From Alphaproteobacteria bacterium (GTDB lineage Bacteria > Pseudomonadota > Alphaproteobacteria > SP197), in assembly GCA_965228895.1 (NCBI GenBank), contig OZ245842.1, forward strand, positions 3,040,001 to 3,104,000: DNA of 64,000 nt, given 5' to 3'. The translations under genes were made by a program, and so were the position numbers. The first letter of the stretch is position 1; each line of letters opens with the position of its first letter. Positions 57,053-64,000 of this stretch are shown here, piece by piece. The notes below the pieces were generated by a model. The model ran no database searches. It saw nothing but the letters and a program-made list of their open reading frames with translations, and had not been told where the DNA came from.

Positions 57053-59317
57053 ATGCTGGGTCGGCAGTTTCAGCGTCTATTTCACATTCTGCTTCTCGCC
57101 CGCGACACTTGGATCACGGCCGCGATCATTGCCGTAGCGATGATCATGATTCCTCAGGGCCGGCAAATTCTGGCCAAGGTAGCCGTCGAGTCATTCGACC
57201 TGGGCAGCTTTGTCGGTACGACGTTCTGGAGTCTCGCGGCCTACTACTTCACGCGGATGCGGTACCGGCACGTTTTGGAAGAGCGTTACCGCGATGCGAT
57301 ATCGCCAGGACAGGCGCAGACCATGGCGGTCATTGCCGGCCTGCTCCCGATCGCGATCACCATGATCGGCATTCATGCCGTGCTGCCCACCGGCTCGACG
57401 GGGCTGAGCGAGATTACCGTTCCCCTACTTTCCTTGATCGCCTCCGTTGTTATCGTGGCGCTGTCGCGCGCCATCGCGACACAGGGCGCGGCTCGCTTCA
57501 CCAGCGAACGTTTCGCCAAGCTGTCAACGCCCGTGCTGTTTGCGCTGTTCCTTCTGCCCGGGCTGATCCTGTTCGTTCTGGGGTTCTTTGCGCCGGTGCC
57601 CACCGCGCATCTGCTCCACACCTATACCCTGATCACGCTGTGGGCTGGCGGCGCGGTCGCCCTTCTGGGTTGCCTTCAAATTCTGTCGGGGCGCGTCGGC
57701 TTGCCGCTGACCGGGATCTTGATTGCTGCCGCCCTGGTTTTCAGCGCGGTCATGCCGAGTTGGCACCAAGGTCATGAGCTCCGTGTCATCGACTCATCTT
57801 TGGCCCCTGACCAGCGCGTCACGCTGCGCGATGCTCTTGCCGCGTGGCAGGAAGGGCAATCAGGTGACGGACCCGTCACGCTGACCTTGGTCGCCGCCCC
57901 GGGCGGCGGCATCGTATCGGCGGTATGGACGAGCGTGTCGCTCAGCAAGCTGCATGAGCTTCATGGCAACGACTTTGCGCGCAGCCTGTTTGCCATCAGT
58001 TCGGTCTCCGGCGGTTCGCTGGGTGCGGCGCTTTTTGCCGAATCCTCAAGGCCAGACCTGAATGGATGTCTGTTTTCGCCGTCCGGCCAACTCGATGCGA
58101 ACGGCTTACCCTTAAGCAAGATGCAGCAGGCCGTTACCGAGTTCTCCGGTATCGATCACACCGCCGCTGTCGCACTGCGGTTGTTGTATATGAACGATAC
58201 ACTGTCGCCCTATGTCGGCATCGGCCCCTATACAGACCGCTCCGAAGTCATGGAAACATCGTGGGAGATGGCCTGGCATAAGGCGGTTGCGGCCCAAGAC
58301 TGCCTGTCAGCCGAGATCCCAGCCCTTGCGGAATCATTCCTGGATCGCTGGTACGATGTCGGCGACAAAGGAACGATGGTGTTGACGCGGCCGTGGGCAA
58401 ACGTCCCATTCCTGTTGTTCAACGGCACCTCGATGGCAAGCGGCCGACGCCTGGTGACGAGCCCCTTCGTCTTTCCTCTTCAACCCGACCTCGCCGAAGT
58501 CGACCAGTCGGACGAAGGCGCCGGCGATGCCGACTCTCTGGCACTCGATCTCATGAGGCTCTCCGCCAACGACCACCGCTTGAGCACGGCGATCAACAGC
58601 TCGGCGCGGTTTCCTTGGTTAGAACCTGCAGGACGTTTGCCGGTCGCGGAAAATCTCGACGAGCGCTACACCTATGACTTGATTGTTGACGGCGGCTACT
58701 ATGATCCGTCGGGTGCGACAACCCTTGACGACTTGGCGGCCGACATCATCGATGCGTGCCGCGCATCGCCTTGCCGCCCGCTGCGCCTGCTGGTCATCCA
58801 GATCAACAGCCATCCTGCCTCCGCACCCGCGACTTATGCGCCCATCGTTCCGCCGCGCAACGATCCGCCCCATTTATGGCACGAGCTGCTGACGCCGTTT
58901 TATGCCGGTTTCGTCACCCATCTCTCCCGCGGCGACGAGGCGGCACAGCAACTGCGCGGCGACACGGAAATGCTGCCTTTGTTGCGGGATTCGCCGGTCA
59001 CAGAGAGCCTGTTTGTCGAACTGCCGGTCACCACTCATAGCGCGCCGGAAGCCTGGGTTCTGAGCAGCGAAACGATCGACGCAATGATGCGCGATGCCAA
59101 CCTGAGCATGCATTGCGCTGCGACGCCGGAAGACGACATCTGTCAAACCGAGTTGGCGACCATCGCCGAGGCATCGAACCTGATCGGCCCTGTGCCCGGT
59201 CATGTCCAGGATCTGCGCCGCAAAGTCCTGCACGATGCTATTCGGTGCATCGGTGTCTTTCTAGCCAGCGACGATCAGCCGGATTGCCCGATCACAAAGA
59301 GCCCGACTGACGGCTGA
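57053..59317 (+). CDS. Multi-TM membrane protein with patatin-like lipase domain
   Basis: About 7 N-terminal TM segments; GGGI, SVSGGS, NGT, SARFP, VDGGYYD. Confidence 0.72.
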   Translation: MLGRQFQRLFHILLLARDTWITAAIIAVAMIMIPQGRQILAKVAVESFDLGSFVGTTFWSLAAYYFTRMRYRHVLEERYRDAISPGQAQTMAVIAGLLPIAITMIGIHAVLPTGSTGLSEITVPLLSLIASVVIVALSRAIATQGAARFTSERFAKLSTPVLFALFLLPGLILFVLGFFAPVPTAHLLHTYTLITLWAGGAVALLGCLQILSGRVGLPLTGILIAAALVFSAVMPSWHQGHELRVIDSSLAPDQRVTLRDALAAWQEGQSGDGPVTLTLVAAPGGGIVSAVWTSVSLSKLHELHGNDFARSLFAISSVSGGSLGAALFAESSRPDLNGCLFSPSGQLDANGLPLSKMQQAVTEFSGIDHTAAVALRLLYMNDTLSPYVGIGPYTDRSEVMETSWEMAWHKAVAAQDCLSAEIPALAESFLDRWYDVGDKGTMVLTRPWANVPFLLFNGTSMASGRRLVTSPFVFPLQPDLAEVDQSDEGAGDADSLALDLMRLSANDHRLSTAINSSARFPWLEPAGRLPVAENLDERYTYDLIVDGGYYDPSGATTLDDLAADIIDACRASPCRPLRLLVIQINSHPASAPATYAPIVPPRNDPPHLWHELLTPFYAGFVTHLSRGDEAAQQLRGDTEMLPLLRDSPVTESLFVELPVTTHSAPEAWVLSSETIDAMMRDANLSMHCAATPEDDICQTELATIAEASNLIGPVPGHVQDLRRKVLHDAIRCIGVFLASDDQPDCPITKSPTDG

Positions 59318-59329
59318 ACGTCGACGGCG

Positions 59330-60139
59330 CTAGAGCCGATCGGGGATGTAGGCGATGGCGTCCATGTATTTCGCCGCGCGCCCCGCGACCTCGACGCGCT
59401 CGCCCTTCAGCGTGCAGAAGAGTTCACCGACACGTTCGGAGATCTGGAAGCCGTGGACGCTTGAGACGTCCAGCCGCTGGGCCCAATAGGGCGTCAGCAT
59501 GCAATGGGCGGAACCGGTGACCGGGTCTTCGGGGATGCCATGGACGGGCGCGAAGTAGCGCGACACGAAGTCGCCCTCGCCGTCCCGGGGCGCGGTGCAG
59601 ATGAGACCGCAATCGGCCGGATCGAGCGCCGTCTTCAAGGCTGCCATGTCGGGCGCGAGCGCCGCGACATCGGCCTCGCTCTCAAAGACGAAGAGATAGT
59701 TCTGGCCGGCAAACGCTTCAGTGGGCTCGGCACCGACCGCCGCAACGATGTCGGCCGGTGCCTCACGCGGGCGCAGCTCATGGGTCGGCAGGTCGAGAAC
59801 GAAGAGATCGCGATCACGGGTGACGTGAAGACGCCCGCTGCGCGTGTCGAACGACACCATGTCGAGGTCGGGGTTCAGGTCGTTCATGATGATGAAGGCC
59901 GAGGCCAAGGTTGCGTGACCGCATAGCGGCACCTCGACCGTCGGGGTGAACCATCTGAGCTCGAAGACGCCCTCACCATCGCCCTGACGAAAGAACGCGG
60001 TCTCGGCCAGATTGTTCTCGGCGGCGACCGCCTGCATGAGGTCGTCGGTCAGCCACTCTTCCAACGGCACGACGCCGGCGGGGTTGCCGTGAAACACGGA
60101 ACTGGTGAAGGCATCGACTTGGTAAAGCGGAAGGCGCAA
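59330..60139 (-). CDS. PhzF family isomerase/epimerase
   Basis: QVDAF...GNPA, NLAETAF, LRWFTP..EV.LCGHATLA, EDPVTGSAH. Confidence 0.93.
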   Translation of the reverse strand: MRLPLYQVDAFTSSVFHGNPAGVVPLEEWLTDDLMQAVAAENNLAETAFFRQGDGEGVFELRWFTPTVEVPLCGHATLASAFIIMNDLNPDLDMVSFDTRSGRLHVTRDRDLFVLDLPTHELRPREAPADIVAAVGAEPTEAFAGQNYLFVFESEADVAALAPDMAALKTALDPADCGLICTAPRDGEGDFVSRYFAPVHGIPEDPVTGSAHCMLTPYWAQRLDVSSVHGFQISERVGELFCTLKGERVEVAGRAAKYMDAIAYIPDRL

Positions 60140-60198
60140 CGTCTAATCCTTTCAAGGGTGAGCCGCTCACGCGGCCATAGCGCCAGTCCGCGTCAACA

Positions 60199-61071
60199 TC
60201 AAGCGGCCGTGGCGATACTCTCGTCACCGTAACGCGCCTGCTCCCACCCGATAATCGCCTGTTTGCGCGGCACGCCCCAGGCGTAGCTGTGGAACGGTCC
60301 GGTCTTGCGGATGACGCGGTGACATGGCACGACGAAGGCGATCGGGTTCTTGGCGACGGCGCCGGCCGCCGCACGGGCCGCGGTCGGCTCGCCAATGCGG
60401 CGCGCGATGTCTTCGTAGCTGATAACGGTGCCGGGTGGCACGCGCAGCAGCGCCTCCCACACGCGGATCTGGAAATTCGTGCCGCGCAGGTGGAGTTTGA
60501 GCGGTTCATCGCCATCGCCGTTTTCACACGCACCGAAGATACGGGTGGCAAAAGGCGCCGTCGCGGCGACATCCTCGATCAGCGTCGCGTTGGGCCAGCG
60601 CCGGGCCAGATGATCTTGCGTCCAATCGTCGCCGTCATCATCGGCCGGCCCAAAACTGAGCCAGCACAGACCGCGCGCCGTGATACCGATCAAGCAATCG
60701 CCGAACGGCGAGTCGTGAACGCCCCAGCGGATCTCCAGATCGGCACCCTTGCGGCGCACTTCGCCGGGCGTCACTGCCTCTGTCGCGACGAACAGATCGT
60801 GCAGACGCGACGGCCCGGAGAGACCGGCCTCGTACGCCGTGTCAAGCACCGGCATGGAACGTTCCAAAAGACCGCGCGCATAGTCGACGGTCAGGAACTG
60901 CAGGAAACGTTTGGGGCTAACACCAGCCCAGCGCTGGAACACGCGCTGGAAGTGGTACGGGCTCAGGCCGGCAACCTCGGCCAATTCGTTCAATCCCGGT
61001 TGCTCCTGGAAATGGTCGTCCAGGTAGCGGATCGCCGATTCGATGCGGGCGTAATCCTGTGACTGTTCCAT
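60199..61071 (-). CDS. AraC-HTH / methylated-DNA-protein-cysteine methyltransferase fusion
   Basis: HFQRVFQRWAGVSPKRF, SGPSRLHD.F, GTNFQ..VW.AL, VPCHRV. Confidence 0.93.
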   Translation of the reverse strand: MEQSQDYARIESAIRYLDDHFQEQPGLNELAEVAGLSPYHFQRVFQRWAGVSPKRFLQFLTVDYARGLLERSMPVLDTAYEAGLSGPSRLHDLFVATEAVTPGEVRRKGADLEIRWGVHDSPFGDCLIGITARGLCWLSFGPADDDGDDWTQDHLARRWPNATLIEDVAATAPFATRIFGACENGDGDEPLKLHLRGTNFQIRVWEALLRVPPGTVISYEDIARRIGEPTAARAAAGAVAKNPIAFVVPCHRVIRKTGPFHSYAWGVPRKQAIIGWEQARYGDESIATAA

Positions 61072-61162
61072 GGGGACAATGGCTCCTTGGGCCCGATGAT
61101 GCTGTACCCTAGATTTAGTCAGGCACAGCACCACCTACGACCCGGTTCTTGCGATATCCCGC

Positions 61163-61396
61163 CTATTCCTTCCAGAACGGCTTGGATCCCTCGCGCAGCG
61201 CATCATAGCGCGAGATGCCCATGTCCTTCAGCAGGCGTTCGTCCATGGTCATCAGGAAGTGACGCTGCCTGGCGCGCGCCTGCCAGCTGTACATGGTATC
61301 GGGAAGGCGGGTAATGGCGGTGAGAAGACGCACGGTCGTACCGGCCATGGCCGAAAGACCGTGGTGAAGCGGGGTGGGTGTCAGCGTCGTTTTCAT
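61163..61396 (-). CDS. DUF1127 (YjiS-like) small protein
   Basis: W..RARQR..L..MDERLLKDMGISR.D..RE..KPFWK; AAGGAG RBS. Confidence 0.92.
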   Translation of the reverse strand: MKTTLTPTPLHHGLSAMAGTTVRLLTAITRLPDTMYSWQARARQRHFLMTMDERLLKDMGISRYDALREGSKPFWKE

Positions 61397-61482
61397 CGCC
61401 CTTCTCCTTCGTCAGGGACGACCCGGTCACCATGACCGGGTCTGATTAAAGGGTGGGAAGGCAAGCCCCGCATACCCACCCG

Positions 61483-61608
61483 ATTGTTGCGATCCCTTCG
61501 TTCGCAAAATTGTATCGATTTAATCGGATCTTCTTGACCTCAACGAGACATTTGCTAACATTGTCTGCATCAGCGATAGGATCAATCGAAACATTGTCAC
61601 CATGACAA
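61483..61608. promoter_or_regulatory. Four ATTGT-N4-AT repeats, probable MocR-family operator array
   Basis: Copies begin at 61483, 61509, 61560, 61593; the last forms TTGTCA-CCA-TGACAA over the MocR start codon. Confidence 0.55.
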
Positions 61609-63014
61609 AATCTTCCTGGCAGCCCGACCTCACCGTCTTCAAAGGCCCGCGCTATCTGGCTTTGGCCAGCGCCGTCGAGAGCGACATCACCGCCGGGCGG
61701 CTGAAACCGGGCGAGCGCCTGCCGACCCACCGCGACCTCGCGTGGCATCTGGGCGTGACCGTCGGAACTGTCAGCCGGGGTTATGCCGAGGCGCTGCGCC
61801 GAGGGCTGCTGACCGGCGAGGTCGGACGGGGCACCTTCGTGCGCGGCGACGTGGTGCCCAGCTTCAATTCGGTCACGCTGAACCCGCTGCCGATCCGCGG
61901 CGGCAACGAAGCCGGACTGATCAACATGGGCGCGAACGTGCCGCCGATCACCGAGCAGACAAAAATGTTTCGCGACATGCTGCGCGAGCTTGCCGACGAT
62001 GAAGAGCTCGACAGACAACTGATCTATCCGCCCTATGTCGGGACCGGACCGGCGCGGCTGGCGGCGGCGCAGTGGCTCAGCGACACGGCGTTCCCCGTAT
62101 CGCCGGAAGAAATCTTTATCACCAGCGGCTGTCAGCACGCCTTGATGGTGGCGTTTCATTTGATGGCGCGGCCAGGCGACACGGTTCTGGTCGAACGCCT
62201 CACCTATCCGGGCCTGAAATCTCTAGCGCACATGATGCAGGTGCGCCTGGTCGGCGTCGACATGGATGACGACGGCATCATGCCGGATGCGTTGGATGCC
62301 GCGTGCCGCGGTCACGCACCGAAGCTGCTGTGCATCGTGCCGACCATGCAAAACCCGCGCAACATCGTGATGTCCGACGAACGTCGGCGCGCGATCGCCG
62401 CCGTCGCCGACCGCCACGATGTGCCGATCCTGGAAGACGGCATCTACAATTTCCTTGAAGAACACAAGCCGGTGCCGATCCAGACCTATACGACCGTGCC
62501 AGGATTCTTTGTCACAAGTTTCTCGAAGAACGTCGCGGCGGCGCTTCGCACCGGCCTGCTGATCGCCGATAGCAGCCACAAGGAAACGATCATCCGTCTG
62601 ATGGGCGCGAGTTGCCTGCACGCTCCCAACCTGATGGTCGACGCGTGCCGCCGCTGGATCGAGAGCGGTCAAATCGCACACTCCGAAGCCGCGGTGCGCA
62701 AAGACATCGCCGAGCGCCAGACAATCGCGCGCGAGCACCTCTCCGACCTGGAGATGGAGACCCATCCCAACGGCTATCACGTCTGGGCCTACCTGCCGGA
62801 ACCCTGGCGACCGCTGGAGTTCACCCGCGCAGCCGAAGAACGCGGCGTCGCCATCGCACCGGCCGAGACCTTCACCATCGGGCGCGAACCCGCCCCCTTC
62901 GCCGTGCGCCTGTCGCTGACAGCACCACGCGATCACGACGAACTGCGCCATGGGCTCGGCGTCGTGCGCAGCCTGCTCGATGCCGGCCACGCCCGTGCGG
63001 TCGCGGTGGTTTAG
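61602..63014 (+). CDS. GntR/MocR family regulator (wHTH + PLP aminotransferase-like domain)
   Basis: L.PGERLPTHRDLA..LGVTVGTVSRGY, GRGTFV, TSG.QHAL, P..QNP, ILED, SFSK...LRTG. Confidence 0.93.
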   Translation: MTKSSWQPDLTVFKGPRYLALASAVESDITAGRLKPGERLPTHRDLAWHLGVTVGTVSRGYAEALRRGLLTGEVGRGTFVRGDVVPSFNSVTLNPLPIRGGNEAGLINMGANVPPITEQTKMFRDMLRELADDEELDRQLIYPPYVGTGPARLAAAQWLSDTAFPVSPEEIFITSGCQHALMVAFHLMARPGDTVLVERLTYPGLKSLAHMMQVRLVGVDMDDDGIMPDALDAACRGHAPKLLCIVPTMQNPRNIVMSDERRRAIAAVADRHDVPILEDGIYNFLEEHKPVPIQTYTTVPGFFVTSFSKNVAAALRTGLLIADSSHKETIIRLMGASCLHAPNLMVDACRRWIESGQIAHSEAAVRKDIAERQTIAREHLSDLEMETHPNGYHVWAYLPEPWRPLEFTRAAEERGVAIAPAETFTIGREPAPFAVRLSLTAPRDHDELRHGLGVVRSLLDAGHARAVAVV

Positions 63015-63045
63015 CGCCGCGTCACCTGGTCCCGCGTTTGGCCAA

Positions 63046-63999
63046 TCAAGGATTTGACAGGGCGTACGCCTTTCCAGCCATGAACTCGCAGAGCAATGTC
63101 GCAAGCATGTTTCCGGTGTTCTTGGTGTGGTCGATCAACGGCGCGTACTCCGTGACGTCCATGGCACCCGCACCCGCCATCCCCAGACGACGAATGAAGC
63201 GCATCACTTCAAAAGGTTGAAATCCGCCCGGGCCCGGATACTGGGTCGCCGGCGCGAAAGTGTGATCCATGGCATCGATGTCGAACGTCACATAAAAGGC
63301 CGACGTGTTACGGGTGGCGATCTCGATGGCCTCTTCGATGCACGCCTCCAGGCCCCGCTCGTAAAACTCTTCCATCGTATAGAAACTGATGCCCATGTTC
63401 CGGCCTTCACGGATTTCCCGTCCGGAGTTGGCAAAGCCGCGAAGTCCAAAAAAGGCGACGTTTTCCGGTCGGACATGCCCACCTTCAACCAGGCGCCTCA
63501 GCGGACACCCGCAGTAGTGAATGTCGCCCTTGTAGGACTGCATGAAGTCGGGGTGTCCATCGAACCAGACGACGCCGACATTCTTGTCATGGTGTTCGGA
63601 GAACGCGCGAAGTGTCGCCTCGGTTATGCTGTGGCTGCCGCCCGCTATGACGGGAATGCCGCGATCACCGAGTATCCGCGCTACGGCGGCTTCGGTTCTC
63701 TCAAACGTCACGTCGTAGCTCATGTACTCGACCTCGACATCGCCGACATCGACAAACCCGTTGGTCTCCGTGAAATCGAGATCGAGATCGATGCTGTACG
63801 GTCGCAGTTTTGACAGCGCGGCGCGCAGCCCGTCCGGCCCGCCCTTGCCACCGACATCGTTGATCAAGAGGCCTTCGAACGGCACGCCGAAAAAGCAGAA
63901 TGTATCCGGCTCGATTGTACCCTCGGTTCTCACCAAACCGCCAAGTTTGGCAAAGGCGGGATCAACCACGCTCTGCACCGACCATCCCGGTCGCTTCAT
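63046..63999 (-). CDS. Agmatinase/arginase (ureohydrolase) family protein, start possibly beyond window edge
   Basis: GVPFE, GP..LR, GGSHS, FDGHPD, GLRG, TFDIDAMD..FAPAT..P.PGG, DVTEYAP..D. Confidence 0.88.
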   Translation of the reverse strand: MKRPGWSVQSVVDPAFAKLGGLVRTEGTIEPDTFCFFGVPFEGLLINDVGGKGGPDGLRAALSKLRPYSIDLDLDFTETNGFVDVGDVEVEYMSYDVTFERTEAAVARILGDRGIPVIAGGSHSITEATLRAFSEHHDKNVGVVWFDGHPDFMQSYKGDIHYCGCPLRRLVEGGHVRPENVAFFGLRGFANSGREIREGRNMGISFYTMEEFYERGLEACIEEAIEIATRNTSAFYVTFDIDAMDHTFAPATQYPGPGGFQPFEVMRFIRRLGMAGAGAMDVTEYAPLIDHTKNTGNMLATLLCEFMAGKAYALSNP

Positions 64000-64000
64000 C

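Overview
High-GC alphaproteobacterial chromosome segment, judged from the rluD-rpoH pair, the serC-serA pair, purA and the DUF2927, DUF1127 and imelysin genes. It carries about 60 protein genes, mostly housekeeping, transport and regulatory, plus one tRNA-Glu(CTC). A decayed ~3.4 kb islet is integrated at the tRNA 3' end: 16-bp att duplication, serine-recombinase C-terminal remnant, two AT-richer cargo genes. The most interesting signals are missed by the ORF track or unexplained by it. (1) Three paralogous 37-39 aa membrane micropeptides (WREL-x2-Y-x4-T-x3-V-x-N-x5-L-x2-F-stop) lie at 14564, 15936 and 17594 around a membrane-anchored trypsin-like protease, with shared upstream TGTGA-N6-TCAA boxes and one canonical sigma54 promoter. 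(2) An ECF sigma/anti-sigma pair is divergent from a secreted ~620 aa Ala/Ser/Gly/Asp repeat protein, a small protein with similar repeats and a lipoprotein, with twin GGAATAGA-N10-TTGC motifs; this is a candidate extracellular fibre/matrix system. (3) Two copies of a ~140-nt double-hairpin element show extensive compensatory base changes. All family assignments come from motif recognition by eye; no searches were run.
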